Positions 1-8,805 of a stretch of 64,000 nucleotides of DNA are shown piece after piece. The position numbers and the translations under genes were made by a program. Below the pieces are notes generated by a model. The model was not told where the DNA came from and made no database searches. It was given only the letters and a program-made list of their open reading frames with translations. Within the stretch, counting starts at the first letter, position 1, and each line of letters opens with the position of its first letter. Source of the stretch: an uncultured Gemmatimonadaceae bacterium (lineage in GTDB: Bacteria > Gemmatimonadota > Gemmatimonadetes > Gemmatimonadales > Gemmatimonadaceae); contig CAVUDW010000002.1 of the NCBI GenBank assembly GCA_963740355.1, positions 192,001 through 256,000 on the forward strand. Reading direction: 5' to 3'.

Positions 1-686
1 GCCTGCACCTGCGGATCGATGCGCTTGGGCAGATCGCGCGGGCCTGGCTGCGGTGCGGCCGGCGGCAGGGTGCGAATGCCGGGTTGTGTGTTCGCCTGTG
101 TATTGGGAGCCGTCGTCGGCCCGGTGGTGCGCGCGGGCGTGGCAGTGGTTGGCGCCGGGCGTGCCGGTGCCTGTTGTGCGGACAGCGTGGTGGCACCGAT
201 CGCGCCAAGCATCACGATCAGTGCGCGAAGCACCGAACCGCGAAGTGCATCGCCGAGCACCTTTCGGAAGCTGGAACCGATGGTCACGTCACTTGGCGTT
301 TCGCGCGCGTCACCGAAGATGCTCGAGGCGGCGATGCCGGGGAATTGGAGCGAGCCGTTGGATGACACGCCGACCTGCTGCTCGTGCTGCGCATGCTCGA
401 CATCGACTGCGTCGACGGTCGCGTCGGTTGACTGCGCGGGCATCGTGAACAAGGTGCGCACGCCACCATCACCGACACTGACGCCGATCAACAGGTCGCC
501 GCGCTGTACGATGGCGATGCCCTGTCGTTGACCGAGCGGAATACGCTGCACCACGGAGAACGCCTCGTTGCCTGCTGCGCGCGTCGCGCCCGGCATGAAT
601 CGCTTCGCGAGCTTGGCGACCAGCAGCACCAGGCCGAGCACGAAGGCCAGCGTGGCGAGCATGCCGAGGTACCCGGCAACCGTCAT
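1..686 (-). CDS. fliO: FliO-like flagellar export protein with a long C-terminal continuation (possible FliO-FliP fusion); runs off the left window edge
   Basis: Not in the ORF track. ATG at 686-684 overlaps the fliN stop (ATGA). Manual translation MTVAGYLGMLATLAFVLGLVLLVAKLAKRF...VVQRIPLGQRQGIAIVQRGDLLIGVSVGDGGVRTL matches the FliO pattern of one TM helix plus a beta-rich domain. The frame stays open to position 1. Confidence 0.75.
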   Translation of the reverse strand, partial: MTVAGYLGMLATLAFVLGLVLLVAKLAKRFMPGATRAAGNEAFSVVQRIPLGQRQGIAIVQRGDLLIGVSVGDGGVRTLFTMPAQSTDATVDAVDVEHAQHEQQVGVSSNGSLQFPGIAASSIFGDARETPSDVTIGSSFRKVLGDALRGSVLRALIVMLGAIGATTLSAQQAPARPAPTTATPARTTGPTTAPNTQANTQPGIRTLPPAAPQPGPRDLPKRIDPQVQ

Positions 687-1078
687 CCGACCAACTCCGC
701 ACCGGCGCCGCGGCTGATGATGCGCGTCACGCGCACGCCGAAGTTTTCACCCAGCACCACGACTTCACCCTCGGCGAAGCGACGATCACCGACATAGATG
801 TCGATCGGCTCGCCGGCGAGGCGTTCCAGCTGCACCACTGATCCACGACCGAGCTGCAGGATTTCCTGCACCGACATCGTGGTGCGCCCGAGTTCGATCG
901 CGACGGGCAGCGTGAGGTCCATCAACATGCTCATCGGCACTTCGCCGTTGGCACCGATGGCTGCATCGAGCTCGGAGTAGTCGGAGCCGAATTCCTCGGA
1001 CGCGGCTGCGCTGGCGTCCTGCAGCGGCAGGCCGGCGTTCTTGGCAGCGATCAGTGCTGCAATCTCGTCCTGATTCAT
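683..1078 (-). CDS. fliN: Flagellar motor switch protein FliN
   Basis: SpoA domain (LMDLTLPVAIELGRTTMSVQEILQLGRGSVVQL...GEVVVLGENFGVRVT); follows fliM. Confidence 0.95.
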   Translation of the reverse strand: MNQDEIAALIAAKNAGLPLQDASAAASEEFGSDYSELDAAIGANGEVPMSMLMDLTLPVAIELGRTTMSVQEILQLGRGSVVQLERLAGEPIDIYVGDRRFAEGEVVVLGENFGVRVTRIISRGAGAELVG

Positions 1079-2115
1079 GGCGTTTCCTGGTCCGCGGTGG
1101 TGAGTGTGCCGATGATGCGATTTTCAGGGATGCGACCTTCCGTGATGCGTGCCGCGAGCTTGCCGCCGGTGCGTCCAGCCGTCGCCACCAATCGCGGCTG
1201 GCCCGAGACCGTGACGGAGAGCAGCGAGTTGGCACTGAGCCCGGTATTGATCACGGAGCCTGGCGCGAGTTGCGAGAGGTCCTTCATGCTGAGGCGGAAC
1301 TCCGGCAGGCGGGCGGCCACTGGGACATTCGTCACGCGCAGTGATGCTTCGGTCTGGCGACGTTGCGTGCGCAGTTCTGCCTCGCTGCGTGCGGTGCTCG
1401 AAACTCGACGGGTGTCGGCGCTGGTGAAGTATTCCTCGAGCGAGGCAAAGGGCAGGCAGATCATCATCAGCGACGAGATGTTCGTGGCTGAGATCTCCAC
1501 GTTCGCCACCAGCACGGGGTCTTCACGTGCGCAGACCTGCAGGATTTCCGGCGCGGCCTCGAAGCCGCTGATCTGCAACTCGATCGGCATCACTTCGTGC
1601 CACACGTCGCGCACGATAGACGATGCGCGGTCGGCGACGATGCGCACCGCGTCCTGCTCGAGCGCTGTCAGTGGACGATTCATGACGGTTGGCGCACTGC
1701 CACCGCCGAAGAGTCGATCGACGAGGAAGAAGGCGAAGTCGGTGCCAAAATCGATGACACCCTGGAGGCCGTTCTTGCCGTTGATGTCCATCACGTAGCT
1801 GCAGCAGGGCGTCGGCAGCGAGAGCGTGAACTCGCCGAAGCTGAATTGCTCGACACTCTGCAGGCGGACTTCCACCTGGCCGCGCACGCGTGACATCAGG
1901 TAGCTCTCGAGATTCTTCACCATCCGTTCGTACATCGCCTCGATGGTGCGCAGGCGCTCCTTCGAGATGCGATGTGGCCGGCGGAAGTCGTAGCGCTGCA
2001 CTTCATGCTGCACCGGTGCGGCCTTGCGACCGGTGGCGGCGAGGTCGAGGGCACTGCCGGCGGCGCCGCCAAGAAGGCGGTCGATCTCGCTCTGGTTGAG
2101 GGTATCGTTCGCCAT
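1075..2115 (-). CDS. fliM: Flagellar motor switch protein FliM
   Basis: N-terminal LNQSEIDRLL CheY-binding peptide, YDFRRP motif, VDRLFGG, C-terminal SpoA-like domain. Confidence 0.95.
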   Translation of the reverse strand: MANDTLNQSEIDRLLGGAAGSALDLAATGRKAAPVQHEVQRYDFRRPHRISKERLRTIEAMYERMVKNLESYLMSRVRGQVEVRLQSVEQFSFGEFTLSLPTPCCSYVMDINGKNGLQGVIDFGTDFAFFLVDRLFGGGSAPTVMNRPLTALEQDAVRIVADRASSIVRDVWHEVMPIELQISGFEAAPEILQVCAREDPVLVANVEISATNISSLMMICLPFASLEEYFTSADTRRVSSTARSEAELRTQRRQTEASLRVTNVPVAARLPEFRLSMKDLSQLAPGSVINTGLSANSLLSVTVSGQPRLVATAGRTGGKLAARITEGRIPENRIIGTLTTADQETP

Positions 2116-2125
2116 CGTCAGCGCA

Positions 2126-2722
2126 TCACTGGATCACGAACTGCGGGAAGCTCACTCGCTTGATGAGCTTCGGCTTCTTCGCGATCTTGCTGACGAGCGC
2201 CATGATCTCGACCTTGAGCGGCTCGCGCGCAGAGACTTCGGCGAGTTGCTCGACGGTCTTGGCGCCGACGAGTGCGAGGACTGCGTCCTTGATTTCGGCA
2301 TCACGCGCCTTCAGTGTCTCGACGCCGGCTGAGTCCTTCATGTCGAAGGCCACCGACAACATCAGGAATCGGGTGCCGCCGCTACCGGCTGGATTGAGAA
2401 CCAGGTCACTGATCGAATAGACCGGCGGTGGTGCAGCAGGCCCATGCTCCCCGCCGCCTGCCGGCGCTTCATGCTCGCCTTCGGCCGCCGCAGCGTCCTC
2501 GCCGGTGCTGTCGGCTGAATGCTTCGGCGTGTGGGCGGCGAGCTCAGCGGGGGTGAGATTGGCGATCAGTCCGGCAGTGAGCTTGGGGCCCACGACCTTG
2601 GCACCGACAAAGCCGCCGGCGCCCACGCCTACCAGGGCGAGAACGAGGGGCATCACGAAGGGTGGAAGTCCCTTCTTTTTCGGTTCGGTGCCTTCTTCGG
2701 TACCAGTCTCTTCTTCGGCCAT
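2126..2722 (-). CDS. fliL: Flagellar basal-body-associated protein FliL
   Basis: KKKG followed by a single TM helix, LVLNPAGSGGTRFL and a C-terminal FPQFVIQ; upstream of fliM. Confidence 0.92.
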   Translation of the reverse strand: MAEEETGTEEGTEPKKKGLPPFVMPLVLALVGVGAGGFVGAKVVGPKLTAGLIANLTPAELAAHTPKHSADSTGEDAAAAEGEHEAPAGGGEHGPAAPPPVYSISDLVLNPAGSGGTRFLMLSVAFDMKDSAGVETLKARDAEIKDAVLALVGAKTVEQLAEVSAREPLKVEIMALVSKIAKKPKLIKRVSFPQFVIQ

Positions 2723-2771
2723 GGGGCGATCCTGATGAACGTGTGGACGGAGTGCGTCTGTCCTCGTTCAA

Positions 2772-2787
2772 AGCAGTGACCATGCCG
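2772..2787 (-). promoter_or_regulatory. Putative sigma54 (-24/-12) promoter of fliL-M-N-O
   Basis: Minus strand CGGCATGGTCACTGCT, i.e. GG-N10-GC, about 50 bp upstream of the fliL start. Confidence 0.65.
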
Positions 2788-2813
2788 GACCAGCCTGAAG
2801 CGGCTGGATGTAC

Positions 2814-2840
2814 CTAAGGCGTTGTTGTGTAGAGACTTAG
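2814..2840. promoter_or_regulatory. IHF-like dyad upstream of the fliL sigma54 promoter
   Basis: TAAGGCGTTG-N5-TAGAGACTTA. The minus strand reads CAACAACGCCTTA, resembling the IHF core WATCAANNNNTTR. Confidence 0.5.
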
Positions 2841-2883
2841 CAAACTCTGGCCGTCAGCCGCTGAGGCGGCGGATCCGGCTGGG

Positions 2884-2922
2884 CGGCAATCTGTGCCGGG
2901 AAACGGATGCCCAATCTTGCCG
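2884..2922. promoter_or_regulatory. Putative enhancer (UAS) pair for a sigma54 activator
   Basis: CGGCAATCTGTGCCG followed by CTTGCCG ending 24 bp later; the same motif and spacing occur at 15128-15166. Confidence 0.6.
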
Positions 2923-2995
2923 AGTGGGGGCGGTTGGGGCGGCGGGGTGGCGCCGGTGAGGGTGGCGAGCTGCCCATGCAGCCCGCCGCCCTCGC

Positions 2996-3276
2996 GATCG
3001 AGATCTCTGACCCCTTGATCGGGCGCCAACCGCTTGGCTACCAACACGTTAGGCCAGAAACGCCGTGATCAAGATCTCTGACCCCTTGATCGGGAGCCAA
3101 GCATTTCGATCGAGATCTCTGACCCCTTGATCGGGGGCCAACCGCTTGGCCACCAACAGGTTAGGCCAGAAATGCCGCGTTCCAGATCTCTGACCCCTTG
3201 ATCGGGAGCCAACCACTTGGCCACCAACGAGTTAGGCCAGGAAAGATGCGTTCGAGATCTCCGACCCCTTGATCGG
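2996..3276. repeat. Tandem REP/BIME-like repeat array with 5 copies of a 23-bp core
   Basis: AGATCTCTGACCCCTTGATCGGG starts at 3001, 3072, 3113, 3184 and 3255 (last copy variant). Periods are 71/41/71/71 bp, and the three long linkers are similar to one another. Confidence 0.9.
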
Positions 3277-3288
3277 CCTACCTAGCTA

Positions 3289-4704
3289 CTACCGCTTCAG
3301 GTTCACCAGCTCTTCCAGCATCGAGTCGCTGGTGGTGATCATGCGGCTGTTGGCCTGGAAGCCGCGCTGGGCGACGATCAGGTTGGTGAATTCCTGCGCC
3401 AGGTCGACGTTCGACATTTCGAGCGCGCCGCTGGTCATGAAGCTCTGGCTCCCCTGCAGGGCGTAGCCGAGCACCGCGCCGCCCGAGTTGCCGCTGGTGG
3501 CGTACATGTTGTCGCCCGTGCGGAGCAGGCCGGCCGGGTTGTTGAAGTCGGCGAGCACGATCTGGCCCAGCGTCTGGTTGACGCCGTTGGTGAAGGCGCC
3601 GCTGATCACGCCGGTGCGGTCGATGCTGAAGTTCTGCAGCTGGCCGCTGGTGTAGCCGTCCTGGTCGCGGAGCACCGCGGTGCCGTTGCCGGCGAACTGC
3701 GTGATGCCGCCGAGGGTGCCGGTCACGCCGGTGCCGCTGACTGACGCGCCGAGGTTCATCGAGACCGACATCTGCGCGCCGCCTGGGCCGTTGATCGTCA
3801 GCGTCGGGCTGGCGACTGCCGTGCCGGCCGACGGACCACCGACGATCTCCGACTGCACCAGCAGTGCGGTGGACGGATCGAAGGTGAACTGGCCGGTGAC
3901 GGTGCCACCGCCGGCGATCGCTGCACCGGGCGTGTCGGCGCCGAGCGTGTAGCCGGGCGGCAACGACGTTTCGTCCATCTGCCAATCCCACTGGTTGGCA
4001 CCGGTCTTCCACATCCACATCTTGGCGTCGATTTTGTTGCCAAGTGCGTCGAAAATGCCGATGGTCCCGTTGGTGAAGGTGCCCGAGTTGGCCGTGACCG
4101 AGCGCGTGTCGGGACCGAAGCCGCCGACCAGCGGTCCGGCGCCGTCCGGATCGGCGGCGTTGAAGATGCCAGCCGACGAATTCAGGTTGCCTGCGACCGT
4201 GACCTTGGTGGTGGCGTGTGCGGCAACCTTCTGGCCGAACGGCAACACGATGTCGGTGATGGTGTCGTTGAGGATTCCGTCTTCGGCCATGCGACCCTGC
4301 ACGATGAAGCCGTTCGTCGGCGACACCATGCGGCCTTCAGCGTCAGGCTGGAAGTTGCCGGAGCGCGTGTAGTACGTCTCGCTGCCCTTTCGCACGACGA
4401 AGAAGGCATCACCCTGCATGGCGAGGTCGGTGTTGACGCCGGTGGTCTCGACGTTGCCCTGCGTGAAGAGCTGGTCCACGGAACCGATCAGCGAGCCGAG
4501 GCCGATCTGCACCGGGTTCACACCGCCCTGGTCACCAGGCGGACGGCTGGCGCCGGAGAGCAGCTGCGCGAAGCCTTCCTTGAAGGTCACGCGGCCGCTC
4601 TTGAAGCCGACGGTGTTCACGTTTGCGATGTTGTTGCCGATGACGTCCATGCGAACCTGGTGGTTCCGAAGACCCGAGACGCCGGCGAAAAGAGAGCGAA
4701 GCAT
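3289..4704 (-). CDS. flgE: Flagellar hook protein FlgE
   Basis: True start is MLRSLFAGVSGL (ATG 4704), followed by DVIGNNIANVNTVGFK; C-terminal LEMSNVDLAQEFTNLIVAQRGFQAN. Confidence 0.96.
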   Translation of the reverse strand: MLRSLFAGVSGLRNHQVRMDVIGNNIANVNTVGFKSGRVTFKEGFAQLLSGASRPPGDQGGVNPVQIGLGSLIGSVDQLFTQGNVETTGVNTDLAMQGDAFFVVRKGSETYYTRSGNFQPDAEGRMVSPTNGFIVQGRMAEDGILNDTITDIVLPFGQKVAAHATTKVTVAGNLNSSAGIFNAADPDGAGPLVGGFGPDTRSVTANSGTFTNGTIGIFDALGNKIDAKMWMWKTGANQWDWQMDETSLPPGYTLGADTPGAAIAGGGTVTGQFTFDPSTALLVQSEIVGGPSAGTAVASPTLTINGPGGAQMSVSMNLGASVSGTGVTGTLGGITQFAGNGTAVLRDQDGYTSGQLQNFSIDRTGVISGAFTNGVNQTLGQIVLADFNNPAGLLRTGDNMYATSGNSGGAVLGYALQGSQSFMTSGALEMSNVDLAQEFTNLIVAQRGFQANSRMITTSDSMLEELVNLKR

Positions 4705-4825
4705 GTGCGAGGAGGGATGGAGGTGGACTACAGCGTGCGAAAGTGTGTCAGTGGGAGCCAGAGCTCCACGGGAGCATCGATTGCGGCGGACACGTCGTGT
4801 GACGCGCGACCTGCGTTGCAGCCTG

Positions 4826-5497
4826 CTACTTGGTGCTGACTTCGGTGACGGACGTGAGCGGGATGTAGAGGCGGCCGACCACGTACTGCAAACCATCGGC
4901 GGTGGACTGCACACCGGTCACGGTGCCGCGCACGGAGGTGGTGTAGTCCACGGCCTTCGTCGCATCCGACGACACGACCGAGACGCGATACACACCCGGC
5001 GGCAGTTCCTTGAGCGCCTGGCCGACGACGATGTTGTTGTCACCGCTGGCAAGGGAACCCATGTTCTTCGATGCCACGATCGAGCCGGTCTTCGGGTCGT
5101 AGACATTGAGCGTGGCCGGTCCGCCAAGGCCGCTCACCGTCAGCGTTTCGTTGCCGCTGCCATCGAGTTGCAACAGGTCGCTCCTGGCCGTGACCACGCG
5201 ACCGATGTTGCTGCTCATCGCACCCGCGGCGACCTGTGAGATCAGTGCGGCCTGCGACGACGACTGCGCACTCAACGTCTCGTTGATGTTCGTGAGCTGT
5301 TCGACGCTCGAGAACTGCGCCAGCTGCGCGGCCATCTGGCTGCTGTCAGCCGGATTCTGGGGATCCTGGTTCTTCAGCTGCGCGACCAGCAGTTTGAGGA
5401 AGGCATCCTTGCCGAGTGAGTTCTTCGAGTTCATGGCCGACAGTACGCCGGCAGAATTCGACGCGGTGGTGCTGGTACTCGATCCGACGGTACTCAT
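4826..5497 (-). CDS. flgD: Flagellar hook-capping protein FlgD
   Basis: [22 protein letters not shown]...[12 protein letters not shown]. Confidence 0.95.
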   Translation of the reverse strand: MSTVGSSTSTTASNSAGVLSAMNSKNSLGKDAFLKLLVAQLKNQDPQNPADSSQMAAQLAQFSSVEQLTNINETLSAQSSSQAALISQVAAGAMSSNIGRVVTARSDLLQLDGSGNETLTVSGLGGPATLNVYDPKTGSIVASKNMGSLASGDNNIVVGQALKELPPGVYRVSVVSSDATKAVDYTTSVRGTVTGVQSTADGLQYVVGRLYIPLTSVTEVSTK

Positions 5498-7698
5498 CGA
5501 CGATCCTCCGGCTGCTCGCGGCGCGAGCGTTGACGCGCGTCGTCGGTCGACGGGCGCGGTGTGTGACGTGAGTGATCACGCGCGAACGCTTCGCGCTGTG
5601 CCTGGTCACGTGATGACTGATCGCGCGTGTTGCCCTGGGACTGGGCGTCGGCAGCGGCGCGCATGGCGGCCAGCTCGAGGCTCGGTGCCGAGGCGCGCGA
5701 GAAGGTGGCGGTGTCGGTATTGCGGGTGGCGGTGGTGGCCTGCACGCGCACACCATCGGCGGTCAGTCCACGACGCTCGAGCGCTTCGCGCAATTCACCG
5801 AGTCGATCGGTGAGTGCGGCGGCCTGCTGTGCGTTGCCGAGTCCCAGGCGCGCGTCGACCGACGTGCCGCGGGTATCGATGCGGATCTGGTCCTCGATGC
5901 CGTTCGCGTTGTCCATGCGCAGCAACACGCTGCTGAGCGGCTTGGCGGCCTGCGTCGCCTGCAAGTCCATCAGCTGCGAGATCCGATCGGCCATGTTGAC
6001 CGCCGACGCTGGCGTGACTACGCGCATCGAGCCCGCGAGATCGGTGGCACCGGCCATCGGCGCCGGTCCGCTGACGGCCAGCGGCGAGATCGCGTCGTTG
6101 CCGGAGTTGCCAGCGCGTGCGGACTCGCCGGGTCGCGCGACGTCGGCAACCTTCGCGACGGACGACACCGTGGCGACGCGCGCGACCTGCGCTACGTTCG
6201 CCACCCGGGCCATCGCCGACGCGCGAGACTCGGCATCAGCACCAGCGTTCACATCGGCGCGCATCTGGCGCGCAGGATCGCCGGCTTCACCCTGCAGGTC
6301 ACTCAGCAGGTTGCCCAGTGTCTCACCTGACACGCCGCCTTCCACCGGCAATTCCACGTGGCCTGGATCGCGTGCACCCAGCGTGCGCAGGCCTTCCTGC
6401 TTTGCCAATTCGGCGAGACGTGCGTAGCCGGCTGGATTCTGCCACTGTCCATCGACCACCAGGTCAGCGGCCAGTCCCTTGCCATGCTTGGAATTCTTCG
6501 TCCAGGTCACCACTGGGCCGGGCGCCGTACGCCCCTGCGCAAAGAGCGCGTCCTGGCGTGCCTGTGAGCGCACCGTCTCGACGATCGCGACGGTGTGCCC
6601 GAACTCCTGGCGCATGCGATCCATCACGCGCTCGAGACGATCGCGGAACTCGGGGTCGAGCCTGGCGACATCGCGTTCCACGCTAGCGGCATCGGCGTTG
6701 CGCATGGTCGTGGTGGGCTTGGTCGGGGCGGAGCCGGTCGAGGCAGTGCTGGCCGGCGCTCCGCCTGCGGTCGTCGATGCACTTGGCGTGGCCGCCGCTG
6801 CATTCGACGTGGTCGAGTCGGTTGCAGGCTGCGCAGCTGCGCCGCTGACATCGGCCTGCGGTGCACCGGCTGCTGATGCCGGCGCGTCGAAGTGATCTTC
6901 GACCAGCGCGGTCGCATCGTTCGAAGCCACCGTAGCAGCTGAAGCAGATGCAGCCAGACCTGACGCGACAGAGGTGCGCGCTGCGGCATCCATGACATCG
7001 GCGCCCAAAGCAACATCCGCACTATTGCTCGTTGACACCGTCTTCGGCTCGGCGGCATTCTCGGGGGCGTCGGCCAGCTCAACCTGCGCTGCAACCAATG
7101 GCAGCGTCGCCACCAGCTGCATCGCCGCCGCAGTCGCGGCATTCGTCATCGCACTGTCGACCATCGGCACGACGTCGGTGGTCGCGGCCTGTTCCTCGAC
7201 TGAAGCACTCACCAGATCCGGCATCGACTGCGCAGCCGAAACATCCAGCGCGACGGCAACCGGCGGAGCACTCTCCGAAGTCTCGCCAGCGACCGGCGCG
7301 GTGGTCGAGGCAGCATTGAGCGTCGGCGCGACACATGCAGCCGTCACGGCCGGAACGTTGGCGTCTTCAACACTGGCGCCTGACAACTCTGAAGCAGGCT
7401 GCGACGCCACGACATCAGCCGGCACCTGCGTCACCGCAGGCGCATCGTTGCGTGTGGCTGCAAATCGCATCGCGCCGTTGAGGAGCGCTGATTGCACATG
7501 CGCACGCTGCTGCTGCGACGCGAGTCGGGCCTTGTTCGCTGCATACTCTGCCGACGACGCGCGGGTGTCATCAGCGCGTGCCGATGCCAGCGACGTAGCA
7601 AACGTTCCTGCGTTATCACTCGCCTGGCGATCTGGCGTGTTGTTCGAGACATCCGTGCGCGCACGCGGCGGCTGCACGGTGACGGGAAGCAGGCTCAT
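5494..7698 (-). CDS. fliK: Hook-length control protein FliK with an internal M15-family Zn-peptidase domain
   Basis: Canonical position before flgD; long Ala/Pro/Thr/Ser low-complexity N-terminal half; FliK_C-like C-terminus (SVLLRMD...[14 protein letters not shown]...[13 protein letters not shown]). The internal segment carries [10 protein letters not shown] and DPGHVEL. Confidence 0.8.
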   Translation of the reverse strand: MSLLPVTVQPPRARTDVSNNTPDRQASDNAGTFATSLASARADDTRASSAEYAANKARLASQQQRAHVQSALLNGAMRFAATRNDAPAVTQVPADVVASQPASELSGASVEDANVPAVTAACVAPTLNAASTTAPVAGETSESAPPVAVALDVSAAQSMPDLVSASVEEQAATTDVVPMVDSAMTNAATAAAMQLVATLPLVAAQVELADAPENAAEPKTVSTSNSADVALGADVMDAAARTSVASGLAASASAATVASNDATALVEDHFDAPASAAGAPQADVSGAAAQPATDSTTSNAAAATPSASTTAGGAPASTASTGSAPTKPTTTMRNADAASVERDVARLDPEFRDRLERVMDRMRQEFGHTVAIVETVRSQARQDALFAQGRTAPGPVVTWTKNSKHGKGLAADLVVDGQWQNPAGYARLAELAKQEGLRTLGARDPGHVELPVEGGVSGETLGNLLSDLQGEAGDPARQMRADVNAGADAESRASAMARVANVAQVARVATVSSVAKVADVARPGESARAGNSGNDAISPLAVSGPAPMAGATDLAGSMRVVTPASAVNMADRISQLMDLQATQAAKPLSSVLLRMDNANGIEDQIRIDTRGTSVDARLGLGNAQQAAALTDRLGELREALERRGLTADGVRVQATTATRNTDTATFSRASAPSLELAAMRAAADAQSQGNTRDQSSRDQAQREAFARDHSRHTPRPSTDDARQRSRREQPEDRR

Positions 7699-8333
7699 TC
7701 GGTGCCCCCGCCTCGACGCGGCTGCACGTTGCTCAGCGCCGCGGCGCGTGGCGCCGGCAAGCTGGTGAGAATCGCTGCCGCCTGGCGATCGCTGAGCAGG
7801 CCGAGGATGATGCTGACGTCGTGGTCGTTCATCTGGGTCAGCACGCGCGCCGCGTCCTTCGCACCCATGGTCGAGAAGATCTTTGCGAGGCGGCGCTGAT
7901 GGGCCGCCGTCTCGGCGGCGGTCGGAGCGCCATCGCTGCTTGTCGCTGCCGATGCTGCCGGTGCGGAAACGGCGACGGTCGGCGTCGCGGCGGGCTTCGC
8001 CGTCGCTGCGCCATGCGCGTCAGGTGTTGCGGCGTGTGCGGCGTCGGGGGCGCGGGCTCCTTCAGCCGCAGGCTTGGTTGCCGCAGCGACCGTCGCCGGC
8101 GCCGTCGTGTCATGCGCGGCATCGGCCACATGCTCGGGCGCGGCATGCGCACTGCTGTCGTTGGCGGCAGTGCTGTCGCCTTCGGCATGTGTGGAGTCTG
8201 GCTTCAAGCCATGCTTCTTCGCTTCCACCACGGCGGCTGCATGCACCTTGGAGGCCTGGTAGACGGAGAAGAACCCGCCGCCACTCAGCCCCATCAACAG
8301 GCCGATGATCAGTGGCACGATGAGCTTACCCAT
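7695..8333 (-). CDS. MotE/YlxF(FlbB)-like flagellar protein with an N-terminal TM and an MgtE_N-like helical domain
   Basis: RRLAKIFSTMGAKDAARVLTQMNDHDVSIILGLLSDRQAAAILTSL; lies between fliJ and fliK. Confidence 0.75.
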   Translation of the reverse strand: MGKLIVPLIIGLLMGLSGGGFFSVYQASKVHAAAVVEAKKHGLKPDSTHAEGDSTAANDSSAHAAPEHVADAAHDTTAPATVAAATKPAAEGARAPDAAHAATPDAHGAATAKPAATPTVAVSAPAASAATSSDGAPTAAETAAHQRRLAKIFSTMGAKDAARVLTQMNDHDVSIILGLLSDRQAAAILTSLPAPRAAALSNVQPRRGGGTE

Positions 8334-8805
8334 TGGTGGAGCGCTCCGAATCGGTGGAAGTATTGCCTGCGTTGTGGAAGCGCGTGAGCGCGATTTCGTC
8401 CATCAGGGCGCGGTCGGCACCCTGCTCGGCAGCGTGATGCGCCTCTGCCTGCTTTTCCCGCAGCGTGTCGAGCGCGTGGCGCGCCTTGAACGCTTCGTGC
8501 AACTCATCCTGTGCGCGACGCACCAGGCTCTCTGCGGTGATGACACTGCTGTTTGCGAACTGCAGCCGCACATCGAGGGCGCCCAGCACATACTGCAGCT
8601 GCTGCAGGGTGCCGACGGTGGTACCGGCATTGCTGGCGGTGGTCAGCGACTCGTGACCGGCCGCGCGCACCTCTTCGATCGCATCGCGCGTCTCGCGTGC
8701 AGCGCTGGCCTGCCCCTGCGCGTCGGCCAGTGCCACCGAGCGCACACGCTCGGCTTCCTCGCGCAACTCGAGCACGCGCTGCAGGCGGAACTTGAAGCGG
8801 CTCAT
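8326..8805 (-). CDS. fliJ: Flagellar export protein FliJ
   Basis: MSRFKFRLQRVLELRE start, coiled-coil character, EQ..D..LMDE near the end; follows fliI. Confidence 0.9.
   Translation of the reverse strand: MSRFKFRLQRVLELREEAERVRSVALADAQGQASAARETRDAIEEVRAAGHESLTTASNAGTTVGTLQQLQYVLGALDVRLQFANSSVITAESLVRRAQDELHEAFKARHALDTLREKQAEAHHAAEQGADRALMDEIALTRFHNAGNTSTDSERSTNG

Noticed and set aside
2996..3276. CRISPR array
   Set aside because: The linkers are near-copies of one another and uneven in length (48/18/48/48 bp), and there are no cas genes in the window.
4705..4914. N-terminal extension of FlgE in the ORF track
   Set aside because: The conserved FlgE start MLRSLF is at 4704, and the extension overlaps flgD.
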